Notes: generated by a model not told the origin, from the letters alone. A DNA stretch of 64,000 nucleotides from a virus (IMGVR_UViG_3300043427_002668), one strand, 5' to 3'; numbered from the stretch's first letter, positions 15,855 through 23,291 are shown. Program-made: numbers and translations.

Positions 15855-16930
15855 TGAAAAACATCTACGACTTCTTTCTTCCGATCTATCAAAAGTTTGG
15901 TATTGATACTGTGTGTCAAGAACTGTACCTGCATAAAGGTACAGTGAACCGTTGGATTGAGAAGAAAGAAGTTCCTCCACAATACTATTTTGATTTGTGT
16001 AGGTTAGCAGATGTGCCAGTTCTTTACTCTAACTTTACTGAAAAGCAAAAGGATCAGTTCTTTACTGATCCAAATACTGCTGAGTATTGTTACAATCAAA
16101 CTCTCAAGATTCTAGGTGATCTTGGTGTAGATTTGCGTGAATACACCTTTATTGAACCATCAGCAGGTGATGGTAGTTTCTATAACATTCTACCCATCTA
16201 TCAGCGTGTTGGTGTTGACATCGAACCTCAATGTGATGGTGTAGAGAAACAAGACTTTTTAAGGTGGAAACCTGATACTCAAAAGAACATTTGTATCGGC
16301 AATCCACCATTTGGACTCAGAGGACATTTAGCCCTTAAGTTCATCAATCATGCCGCACAGTTCTCTGATTTCGTATGCTTCATTCTACCGCAGTTGTTTG
16401 ATAGCAACGGCAAAGGTAGTTGTAAATCAAGAGTGAAAGGTATGAATCTGATTCACACTGAAGTTGTGGATTCTTCATTTCACTATCCTGATGGCAAAAC
16501 TGTGACCGTAAATGTAGTCTTTCAGATCTGGGCGAAGGACTACAAAATCGAGGAGGAAGTTGTTGATCTGACTAACATCATCAAACTCTATTCTCTCTCT
16601 GATGGTGGCACACCAGGAAGCACACGAAACAAACAACATCTGTACTCTTGTGACTATTATTTGCCATCAACGTGTTTCGGTGAAGAGAGTGTAAAAGTCT
16701 ATGATGACTTTGAGAATCTACCACATCGTAGAGGTTATGGAATTGTAGCACTTGCAGACAAAGATGTGATTGATAATGTGATGCAATCAATTAACTGGTC
16801 TGATGTAGCATTTGCGTCTACAAATGGTGCATTTAATCTTCGATTCGACATCATACAGAAAACTATTTGGAAGCACCTTCCAGATTCTCTCAAGCAATAT
16901 CAAAATCCTTTATTGTCTGCGTTGAACTAA
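15854..16930 (+). CDS. N6-adenine DNA methyltransferase (gamma-type motif order) with N-terminal HTH-like extension
   Basis: KDQFFT (motif X), FIEPSAGDGSF (motif I), IGNPPFG (motif IV), C-terminal TRD-like region. Confidence 0.9.
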   Translation: MKNIYDFFLPIYQKFGIDTVCQELYLHKGTVNRWIEKKEVPPQYYFDLCRLADVPVLYSNFTEKQKDQFFTDPNTAEYCYNQTLKILGDLGVDLREYTFIEPSAGDGSFYNILPIYQRVGVDIEPQCDGVEKQDFLRWKPDTQKNICIGNPPFGLRGHLALKFINHAAQFSDFVCFILPQLFDSNGKGSCKSRVKGMNLIHTEVVDSSFHYPDGKTVTVNVVFQIWAKDYKIEEEVVDLTNIIKLYSLSDGGTPGSTRNKQHLYSCDYYLPSTCFGEESVKVYDDFENLPHRRGYGIVALADKDVIDNVMQSINWSDVAFASTNGAFNLRFDIIQKTIWKHLPDSLKQYQNPLLSALN

Positions 16931-16964
16931 AGGGGGGACTCCCAAAGTGTCCTAGTAGTGTAAG
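16929..16964 (+). promoter_or_regulatory. Repeated intergenic element, copy 5
   Basis: AAAGGGGGGACTCCCAAAGTGTCCTAGTAGTGTAAG. Confidence 0.85.
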
Positions 16965-16977
16965 ACGCATCCAATCT

Positions 16978-17232
16978 ATGCCTCGCGCTCGCAAGCAAAC
17001 TGCAAATGTTGAAGTTGTTGCTAACGAAGTGAAAGTTCCTGAGGTTCTCATCACTCGCCAGCAATATCTGCAAGACATTAAAGTTCGCTGGCAAATCCAT
17101 CAGTATGAAGTCAACAAACTTCGTGAAGATGTGAGTAAAGTTACTCAAACTGTTTTTCCTTATGTGAAGAACGCAATGGATTATGTTCTCGATCAATATC
17201 AGCAAATCCGCTCCAAATACGCCACTAATTGA
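16978..17232 (+). CDS. Hypothetical protein (84 aa)
   Basis: Start moved to ATG 16978 after element copy 5; MPRARKQTANVEVV... Confidence 0.7.
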   Translation: MPRARKQTANVEVVANEVKVPEVLITRQQYLQDIKVRWQIHQYEVNKLREDVSKVTQTVFPYVKNAMDYVLDQYQQIRSKYATN

Positions 17233-17242
17233 AGTGGTACAT

Positions 17243-17268
17243 GGGAACTCAATGAGTTCCCTTTTTTT
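17243..17268 (+). terminator. Rho-independent terminator
   Basis: GGGAACTC-AAT-GAGTTCCC followed by T7. Confidence 0.85.
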
Positions 17269-17276
17269 GTTTTATG

Positions 17277-17310
17277 AAAGGGGGGACGCCCAAAGTGTCC
17301 TAGTAGTATG
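17277..17310 (+). promoter_or_regulatory. Repeated intergenic element, copy 6 (includes the ATG)
   Basis: AAAGGGGGGACGCCCAAAGTGTCCTAGTAGTATG. Confidence 0.85.
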
Positions 17311-18204
17311 AAGAACACTCACCTGCAACATCCTGAAGATTCTATTCTCACGGGCGATCTGTCTGTGCTGGATTGGTTTGTAACTGCTGGCGATCTGTCT
17401 GTAAAGATTGATGGCGCTCCTGCAGTAGTTTTTGGTATCAATCCTGCGACTGGTAACTTCTTCGTGGGGACCAAAAGTGTCTTCAATAAAGTTAAAATCA
17501 AAATCAACGAATCGCATCAAGATATTGATGCAAATCACGAAGGTAATGTAGCAAACATTCTTCACGCTTGCTTTGACTATCTGCCGCGTGTAAATGCTAT
17601 CATTCAAGCAGACTTTATCGGGTTTGGTGGTAGTGATGAGTACAAACCAAATACTATCACCTACAAGTTTCCTGATGTGGTGAATGAGGAGATTATTCTT
17701 GCTCCTCATACTGTCTACATCGCAGAGAATGATTTGCGTGATGCAGTAGCGTATCCGATGAAGTTCATCATCACCGATACACATTACTGCAAGTTTGTGA
17801 AACCTGATGCTTACATCGTTCATCAGCAAGAATCGTTCGCTGATGTAAAAGAAGTTTGTGCGTTTGCCCGCCAAATGTCTACGATGTGTGAGTTTGTTTC
17901 TAACAAGGAAGCAGCAAAGATTACCAAGAAATTGAATGATTTTATTCGTGCAGGAGAGCAGATTACTGTAGATAATGTGAATGACTTTGATTGTGACCCT
18001 AACCTCATCCGTTTGTGGTCGCTGGTGAAGTCTATCAAAGATGATTGCTTGTTCCTCTGCCGCAATGATGGTCCTGCTGCTTATATCGGATACAATCGTA
18101 TTGATGCTGAAGGATACGTTATGACGAATGAGTTTGGAATGTTTAAGTTGGTAAATCGTGAATGTTTCTCCCGTGCTAACTTCAATCTTGCAAAGAGTTG
18201 GTAA
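17308..18204 (+). CDS. ATP-dependent ligase/nucleotidyltransferase-fold protein (DUF6267-like)
   Basis: KIDG (motif I), EGYV (motif IV), FKLVN (motif V). Confidence 0.6.
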   Translation: MKNTHLQHPEDSILTGDLSVLDWFVTAGDLSVKIDGAPAVVFGINPATGNFFVGTKSVFNKVKIKINESHQDIDANHEGNVANILHACFDYLPRVNAIIQADFIGFGGSDEYKPNTITYKFPDVVNEEIILAPHTVYIAENDLRDAVAYPMKFIITDTHYCKFVKPDAYIVHQQESFADVKEVCAFARQMSTMCEFVSNKEAAKITKKLNDFIRAGEQITVDNVNDFDCDPNLIRLWSLVKSIKDDCLFLCRNDGPAAYIGYNRIDAEGYVMTNEFGMFKLVNRECFSRANFNLAKSW

Positions 18205-18235
18205 GGGGGGACGCTCAAAGTGTCCTAGTAGTATG
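18203..18235 (+). promoter_or_regulatory. Repeated intergenic element, copy 7 (includes the ATG)
   Basis: AAGGGGGGACGCTCAAAGTGTCCTAGTAGTATG. Confidence 0.85.
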
Positions 18236-18427
18236 AGGACCAACGATAAAATGATTAACCAAATCGCTGAAATGATTGTGGATGCTGCTAATGATCCTCG
18301 CACTGCAGATAATATCCGCGAAATGCACAAACATCCGCAAGGTGCAGAAACTCTGCGACTGATTGTGCGTGATAATGTAGCAGGTGCTGCTGACGTAGTT
18401 GTTAATGCTCTCTGGAACAATCTCTGA
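18233..18427 (+). CDS. Hypothetical protein (64 aa)
   Basis: MRTNDKMINQIAEMIVDAAND... Confidence 0.6.
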   Translation: MRTNDKMINQIAEMIVDAANDPRTADNIREMHKHPQGAETLRLIVRDNVAGAADVVVNALWNNL

Positions 18428-18434
18428 AACTAAA

Positions 18435-18788
18435 ATGACTATCACTCTCGCTGAATACGCTGCACAGAAAGATGCAAGCAACACAATCTACCTTAACATC
18501 GTTAAGTATGGTATGATGCTGTGTGATGCTCTCCAGCAAGATGCACCCGATGGTTACTTCTATGAACTGGATAGTTCTGGTCGCAAGTATCATAAAATCT
18601 GGATGTATATTGGAGACCGTCGTGATAGCATCCACGCCTTTATTGATAAGAAAACTGGTTCAGTATTGAAACCTGCAAGTGTAAAGGCACCTGCGAAGGG
18701 TGAGCGTTACAATCTGCTCTCTATTCCTTCCCGTGAGAAGTGTTTTGAGAACGCTGATTGGTCTGGTTCTTATCTGTACGCTCGCTGA
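18435..18788 (+). CDS. Conserved phage hypothetical protein
   Basis: HAFIDKKTGSVLKPASVKAPAKGERYNL motif; start moved to 18435. Confidence 0.75.
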   Translation: MTITLAEYAAQKDASNTIYLNIVKYGMMLCDALQQDAPDGYFYELDSSGRKYHKIWMYIGDRRDSIHAFIDKKTGSVLKPASVKAPAKGERYNLLSIPSREKCFENADWSGSYLYAR

Positions 18789-18790
18789 TT

Positions 18791-19012
18791 ATGACTATTC
18801 CTACCTACAACGCACTTCAGTTTCACTCTGAGGAAGAACATCAGGCAGCACTTTATGATGCTTGTTTGTTGATTGTGAATACTTACAACCAAACAGATAT
18901 GCTGGATGGTTATTGTTTCGATCACGGTGAAACTGAAACTATGACCTCATATGATTTTATGAAGTTTGCCCGTAACATCATCAACAATTATGATTGCAAC
19001 CCAAATGACTGA
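18791..19012 (+). CDS. Hypothetical protein
   Basis: MTIPTYNALQF... Confidence 0.6.
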   Translation: MTIPTYNALQFHSEEEHQAALYDACLLIVNTYNQTDMLDGYCFDHGETETMTSYDFMKFARNIINNYDCNPND

Positions 19013-19232
19013 AACCACCAAAGACCAAAGCATCACAAAATCGTTGCAACTTCTGCGTGATGGTTTCAAACGTGACTTTGCAAACTATGTGTATGAAGAC
19101 GAGCGTATCACAACTCTTTTGATGGAACTTTCTATGGAGTTTGTTGATGCTAATGTCCCAATCACAGATGATGAGTTGCAAATCGAACTCGCTCAAATGT
19201 TTATTGAAATCATCAGTATTGAAGCACGATGA
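19005..19232 (+). CDS. Hypothetical protein
   Basis: MTETTKDQSITKSLQLLRDG... Confidence 0.65.
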   Translation: MTETTKDQSITKSLQLLRDGFKRDFANYVYEDERITTLLMELSMEFVDANVPITDDELQIELAQMFIEIISIEAR

Positions 19233-19378
19233 CTGTACCAAATCTCACAAGTCAGCACATAGATTTTAATGAATGGTTGAAAGAATGTCCTGTTGAATGG
19301 TTCAAGAGTGCAAAACCAAGTGTAAATGGTTCTGCAACTTATGAGTTCTTTTTTGATGCTGTGACTGAGGAAGAATGA
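19229..19378 (+). CDS. Hypothetical protein (49 aa)
   Basis: ATGA-coupled on both sides. Confidence 0.55.
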   Translation: MTVPNLTSQHIDFNEWLKECPVEWFKSAKPSVNGSATYEFFFDAVTEEE

Positions 19379-19638
19379 CTTACTCAAATCTCTCCAAGAT
19401 TAAACCTAAACTTCGCACACAAGGTAGGGTTTCTGGGAACTTCGGAAAAAATCGTGTTAAGGCAGGTTCTACACTCAACGACATCGGAATGAGCTCTAAA
19501 GAGAGTATCAAATGCACCACACAAGATGAATATCTCAATCGTCTTTATGTTGCGTTCGATAGTAGCACAGATGATAAACTGCGTCGGTTCATTTATGCTG
19601 AGATCCGCAAGATCCACATTCAGAGAGGCACTTGGTAG
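19375..19638 (+). CDS. Conserved cyanophage hypothetical protein, basic
   Basis: MTYSNLSKIKPKLRTQGRVSGNFG... Confidence 0.7.
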   Translation: MTYSNLSKIKPKLRTQGRVSGNFGKNRVKAGSTLNDIGMSSKESIKCTTQDEYLNRLYVAFDSSTDDKLRRFIYAEIRKIHIQRGTW

Positions 19639-19646
19639 AGTGATGC

Positions 19647-19682
19647 AAAGGGGGGACGCGCAAAGTGTCCTAGTAGTATAAG
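19647..19682 (+). promoter_or_regulatory. Repeated intergenic element, copy 8
   Basis: AAAGGGGGGACGCGCAAAGTGTCCTAGTAGTATAAG. Confidence 0.85.
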
Positions 19683-19696
19683 CACACACTCAACCG

Positions 19697-19927
19697 ATGA
19701 TCGTTTCTGAAATCTACTCCTACCATACAAATTGGAAGGAAGGTAAAGTCAACCAAATGTGGATCGAACAGTCTGGTGATGAGAACAAAGGTTATTCTTT
19801 CGTCGCTGTAGCACACAATCCCCGCAATGGTAAGACGATGGAAATGTCTAACCCTCGCACATCTTACCGTGAAACTCTAGAATGGGTTCGCGGTTGGTGT
19901 GGTACTTTCTGTGTTCTTCCTGCCTGA
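19697..19927 (+). CDS. Hypothetical protein
   Basis: 76-aa ORF after element copy 8. Confidence 0.65.
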   Translation: MIVSEIYSYHTNWKEGKVNQMWIEQSGDENKGYSFVAVAHNPRNGKTMEMSNPRTSYRETLEWVRGWCGTFCVLPA

Positions 19928-19933
19928 TTGATT

Positions 19934-20113
19934 ATGAAAGACGAAGAACTTCTAAAACTTGCTTCTCATTTTCTTGCAATTCATCCTATTGATGAAAACA
20001 ATCCAGAAAACCTCTTGAAGTTTGCCCGAGCACTTTACGAAGAAGGTTATAGTGACGGTTATGATGTTGGTGAAGAAATTGGATACGATAGAGGAACTCT
20101 TGATGGTGAATGA
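19934..20113 (+). CDS. Hypothetical protein
   Basis: MKDEELLKLA...YEEGYSDGYDVGEEIGYDRG. Confidence 0.6.
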   Translation: MKDEELLKLASHFLAIHPIDENNPENLLKFARALYEEGYSDGYDVGEEIGYDRGTLDGE

Positions 20114-20119
20114 ACTGAA

Positions 20120-20281
20120 ATGAAAAACTATCGCGTGATGGTTGAAACTAAAGATGGATGTTGTACTATTTGGTATGAGAAATCCAACGCAAAGACCGCA
20201 GACAAACTTATCCTAAATCGCGTCTATAATCAACTCTGCGGTCTCAACATTAAAGAAATCTCTGTTATTCCTTCTGTATGA
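20120..20281 (+). CDS. Hypothetical protein (53 aa)
   Basis: MKNYRVMVETKDG... Confidence 0.55.
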   Translation: MKNYRVMVETKDGCCTIWYEKSNAKTADKLILNRVYNQLCGLNIKEISVIPSV

Positions 20282-20421
20282 AATACGAAGTTAAACTCTA
20301 TCAAGGCGGCAAAGTCTTCACTGAGGAAGTGTATGCTAGCACACCCAAAGATGCGCGTGAAACTGCACTCGCTCGCAACCCAACTTGTAAGGTAGTTGGA
20401 GTGAACGCAAAGTTTAACTGA
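20278..20421 (+). CDS. Hypothetical protein (47 aa)
   Basis: MKYEVKLYQGGKVFTEEVYA...; ATGA-coupled. Confidence 0.55.
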   Translation: MKYEVKLYQGGKVFTEEVYASTPKDARETALARNPTCKVVGVNAKFN

Positions 20422-20424
20422 TAG

Positions 20425-20458
20425 AAAGGGGGGACGCCCAAAGTGTCCTAGTAGTATG
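20425..20458 (+). promoter_or_regulatory. Repeated intergenic element, copy 9 (identical to copy 6; includes the ATG)
   Basis: AAAGGGGGGACGCCCAAAGTGTCCTAGTAGTATG. Confidence 0.85.
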
Positions 20459-20626
20459 ACTAACACTTTCACCGTCCGTTTCGATTCCAATGCTCTCGAT
20501 TCTCCCGAGTATATTGGACCTTTCTACTCTGAAGAAGACGCTCAAGATTATGCTGATGATCGCAATGGTTCGTTAGCACTCTCTGGTATTCCTTCCTCTG
20601 TTGCTTGTTACTCTGTCGTTGACTGA
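20456..20626 (+). CDS. Hypothetical protein (56 aa)
   Basis: MTNTFTVRFDSNALDSPEYIGPFYSEEDAQDYA... Confidence 0.6.
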   Translation: MTNTFTVRFDSNALDSPEYIGPFYSEEDAQDYADDRNGSLALSGIPSSVACYSVVD

Positions 20627-20629
20627 TTT

Positions 20630-20764
20630 ATGAAAATTGTTCTTCTGTTTACTACACTTTTCTTTGGTATTCAGTTTGGTGCAAATGCTATCGCAACTGT
20701 GAACCAACAACAAGAACAACGCGCAGAACAATTCTGCAACATTGATCCTAATTTCTGCAAATGA
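20630..20764 (+). CDS. Small membrane/secreted protein (44 aa)
   Basis: MKIVLLFTTLFFGIQFGANAIA...FCNIDPNFCK. Confidence 0.5.
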   Translation: MKIVLLFTTLFFGIQFGANAIATVNQQQEQRAEQFCNIDPNFCK

Positions 20765-20913
20765 GCCGCAGAAGTTTAACACTCAAACCACCGTGCAAAG
20801 TGAAAACAATTCTTCTGATTTTCACCGTTGCGTTTCTACTCTCACCAGGAGTTCGCAACATCACCTCCAACACATTACACACCGTCGCTGATATTATCCA
20901 ACCACAACAATGA
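20761..20913 (+). CDS. Small membrane protein (50 aa)
   Basis: ATGA-coupled; ILLIFTVAFLL. Confidence 0.45.
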   Translation: MSRRSLTLKPPCKVKTILLIFTVAFLLSPGVRNITSNTLHTVADIIQPQQ

Positions 20914-21050
20914 TTGAAACTGATTTCTTCATTCTCTCACAAGAACAGTATCAGCAAACTCTCCAAGATGCTGCAATCGAAGGTGTATCAATCGACTATT
21001 ATTTGCTGGAGTTTTGTACTGTAGAAGGAGAGTGGGTAGAAGTTGAATGA
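20910..21050 (+). CDS. Small acidic protein (46 aa)
   Basis: ...GVSIDYYLLEF...; stop overlaps element copy 10. Confidence 0.55.
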   Translation: MIETDFFILSQEQYQQTLQDAAIEGVSIDYYLLEFCTVEGEWVEVE

Positions 21051-21083
21051 AAGGGGGGACGTGCAAAGTGTCCTAGTAGTATG
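21050..21083 (+). promoter_or_regulatory. Repeated intergenic element, copy 10 (includes the ATG)
   Basis: AAAGGGGGGACGTGCAAAGTGTCCTAGTAGTATG. Confidence 0.85.
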
Positions 21084-21368
21084 ACAACCAACGACCTCTT
21101 CGATTCCATCAAACTCACGGAGCAACTTGCTCTGGAAAACTATCAACAACGCAATGGTGTTGTTGACTATTGCCTCGATGGAGTTTGCCATCACTACTTC
21201 GCAAAGTATGATTGGAATGGTAATCGTGACGGTGAGATTTGCCTCACCTGTAAAGTTTCCAAGACTGTAAAAGGACAACTCCGTTATACTTTCCAAGTTG
21301 ACGGTAAGCGTATCGCAGAGAAAAACATCTGGTCGAAGTTTAACTCTCTGGGTGCATTTCGTAACTGA
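21081..21368 (+). CDS. Hypothetical protein
   Basis: 95-aa ORF filling the space between element copies 10 and 11. Confidence 0.7.
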   Translation: MTTNDLFDSIKLTEQLALENYQQRNGVVDYCLDGVCHHYFAKYDWNGNRDGEICLTCKVSKTVKGQLRYTFQVDGKRIAEKNIWSKFNSLGAFRN

Positions 21369-21371
21369 ATC

Positions 21372-21406
21372 AAAGGGGGGACGCCCAAAGTGTCCCAGTA
21401 GTATAG
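21372..21406 (+). promoter_or_regulatory. Repeated intergenic element, copy 11
   Basis: AAAGGGGGGACGCCCAAAGTGTCCCAGTAGTATAG. Confidence 0.85.
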
Positions 21407-21427
21407 ATCACAATCCCCAACCACAAA

Positions 21428-21742
21428 ATGCGTAAGATCGAAGCACAAATGAACCGCGCAATCTCCCAAGAGATTGATTGGAAAAAGGACAACACTCAAG
21501 TCATCAACATTGAAGGTGTAAGTTTCGTCTATCTGTATAGCAATCTGATTGCGATGGTAGGTGATACTTGGCTGGAACTGTTCGATGGCGGACATCAAAC
21601 TGCAACAACTAAAAGCAGAATTAACGCTATTCTTTCTTCCCACGGTACAGGAGTTGAATATGTCTTTCAGAAGAAAGGTGAGTGGTTTCTTAACTGTGAA
21701 GGAGGTCCAGTTCCTTTCAACAATGGAATGAAACTCAACTAA
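21428..21742 (+). CDS. Conserved phage hypothetical protein
   Basis: MRKIEAQM...TATTKSRINAIL motif. Confidence 0.7.
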   Translation: MRKIEAQMNRAISQEIDWKKDNTQVINIEGVSFVYLYSNLIAMVGDTWLELFDGGHQTATTKSRINAILSSHGTGVEYVFQKKGEWFLNCEGGPVPFNNGMKLN

Positions 21743-22232
21743 GTTTTTCTAAAATCTTGTAACCTTTGTGATGATTTACCTTTGTTAATGTCTTATGAAG
21801 ATTTGACCTATTCAAGTTATTTTCTTCGCACCATTTAGCAAGGTTTTTTATCACAAAAGTTTCATTGGTTTCTATGTGTAAAATCTTCCATTCTGCCGCT
21901 TTGTTTCTACCAATGTTGTCTCTTGAAAGTTCACAGTTTTGTTTATGAGTTACCCACTCTAAATTATCTAAACTGTTGTTTGTTGGGTTATCATCTCTAT
22001 GGTGAACATCTGATAGATTATGTGGATTAGGTAAGTAAGTTTCTGCTACTAATCTATGAACTGCTCTCAACTTTTGATTATACAACCCGACTTGTATTCT
22101 CACTCTTGCATAACCTCTTTCATCCACACTTTCTTTTAGTTTGCGAGGTGATTTGTAGTTCTTTCCTGTACTATAAATGCTCCCATCTTTCGACACTAAA
22201 ATGTTATTGTAAAGAGGATGCTCTTTCATCAT
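21735..22232 (-). CDS. Free-standing HNH homing endonuclease (NUMOD4-HNH type)
   Basis: VSKDG, VHRLVAETYL, VHHRDDNPTNNSLDNLEWVT..QN; late promoter AATAAATA on the minus strand at 22252-22259. Confidence 0.9.
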   Translation of the reverse strand: MMKEHPLYNNILVSKDGSIYSTGKNYKSPRKLKESVDERGYARVRIQVGLYNQKLRAVHRLVAETYLPNPHNLSDVHHRDDNPTNNSLDNLEWVTHKQNCELSRDNIGRNKAAEWKILHIETNETFVIKNLAKWCEENNLNRSNLHKTLTKVNHHKGYKILEKLS

Positions 22233-22276
22233 TAAATACCTAACTTTGTAGTATTTATTATACCACATCTCCACAA

Positions 22277-22498
22277 ATGACTGACACTCAAAAACTCCAA
22301 TTCCTTCTTCTAAAACTTAAAGAAACCGCACATAGTAAGCATTGTTATGAAGCGTATGGTGATGATTACTCACCTTCAGAAAGTGGTAGTTATGATGATG
22401 CTTTTGATGCAGGATTTGAGTATGGTGAAATCATATTTGCTCGTGAGTTGCTTCAACAACTAAACCTCCAAATTCAAATCTTTCCTCACTTGAAATGA
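22277..22498 (+). CDS. Hypothetical protein
   Basis: 73-aa ORF. Confidence 0.65.
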   Translation: MTDTQKLQFLLLKLKETAHSKHCYEAYGDDYSPSESGSYDDAFDAGFEYGEIIFARELLQQLNLQIQIFPHLK

Positions 22499-22695
22499 TG
22501 ACTGAATCTCAAATCCTTCAACTTCGTTTTCTTTGTAGTGATGTGATTTTCGATTTTGAGTTTACACAATTCCTGGTTGATAATCCACACGATAGAGACA
22601 AGATCAAACAAAAAGCAGAACGGTACATTAACAAACTTCAATCAATTCTAGATGATGCCTATGTCCCTGATTCTCAAATGTCTCTCCCGTGCTGA
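22495..22695 (+). CDS. Hypothetical protein
   Basis: 66-aa ORF, ATGA-coupled. Confidence 0.55.
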   Translation: MMTESQILQLRFLCSDVIFDFEFTQFLVDNPHDRDKIKQKAERYINKLQSILDDAYVPDSQMSLPC

Positions 22696-22834
22696 AGAGT
22701 TAGCAAGTGAAATCAATGGTGATTTGTTCTATGTACCTGATGAAGACGTGCAACAACTCATCAACAAACTCACTGAAGATAATGTAGAAGAGATTGCATC
22801 AGAACTCGCAGATTTAGCACACTTTTTTAACTAA
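22652..22834 (+). CDS. Hypothetical protein, acidic
   Basis: AEELASEINGDLFYVPDED...; start uncertain. Confidence 0.55.
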   Translation: MMPMSLILKCLSRAEELASEINGDLFYVPDEDVQQLINKLTEDNVEEIASELADLAHFFN

Positions 22835-22932
22835 TTCAAGATAAAGAGGAAGGGAGTTTGCCTCTAGTAAGTAAAGAAAGTGACTTCCGTAGAGTATAGA
22901 TAATTTCCAATAAGTTAGGTGGTTGGGTGTAT

Positions 22933-22963
22933 AGAGAGGGACTGGTAATCCCTCTCTTTTTTT
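22933..22963 (+). terminator. Rho-independent terminator
   Basis: AGAGAGGGA-CTGGTAA-TCCCTCTCT followed by a T-run. Confidence 0.85.
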
Positions 22964-23069
22964 ATGTTTAGAAATCAAATGTATTGTGGTTAAATTATAA
23001 TTAAATCAATTAAAAATGTTAATTTAAATATAAACGTTCGATCAATCTCTCTTGTCATTTGTGTGTCTG

Positions 23070-23131
23070 GACCTTGTAACTTATAGTCATTTAAATGCTC
23101 TCAGACCTTGTAACTTATAGTCATTTAAATG
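23070..23131. repeat. Two perfect 28-bp direct repeats (23070-23097, 23104-23131)
   Basis: GACCTTGTAACTTATAGTCATTTAAATG x2, period 34. Confidence 0.95.
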
Positions 23132-23158
23132 TCTCTGGGGGTCGTTATCTTTGCGTGC

Positions 23159-23187
23159 ATTATATCAGCACTCCTCCAAAATGTCTA
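23159..23187 (-). promoter_or_regulatory. Leftward sigma70 promoter
   Basis: Minus strand TAGACA-17 nt-TATAAT with extended TG; flanked by the 8-bp inverted repeat TGGGGGTC/GACCCCCA. Confidence 0.7.
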
Positions 23188-23262
23188 GACCCCCAACGTC
23201 ACAAAATCCCCACAATCCCCGCGCAGAATCCCCCGGAGCGCCCCTAAATACTCTCCAGGTAC

Positions 23263-23291
23263 TTGACACCTACCTCAGAGTATTATAGAAT
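23263..23291 (+). promoter_or_regulatory. Rightward sigma70 promoter
   Basis: TTGACA-17 nt-TAGAAT; AAGGAG RBS and ATG 23319 downstream. Confidence 0.8.

Noticed and set aside
13668-16930. Helicase plus methyltransferase as a type III (res/mod) system
   Set aside because: The helicase is only 413 aa with no nuclease domain and is separated from the methyltransferase by a terminator, another ORF and an element copy; a separate endonuclease candidate is coupled to the methyltransferase.
17272-18420. 382-aa minus-strand ORF (also 15240-15980, 13560-14228, 12752-13099 and the other minus-strand track ORFs except the HNH)
   Set aside because: These are antisense shadows of well-supported plus-strand genes, with no motifs, RBS or promoter.
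16867-18788. Long N-terminal extensions in the ORF track (e.g. 16867, 18158, 18399, 2295, 24876)
   Set aside because: They run through upstream genes or the element; downstream ATGs fit the coupling and element geometry better.
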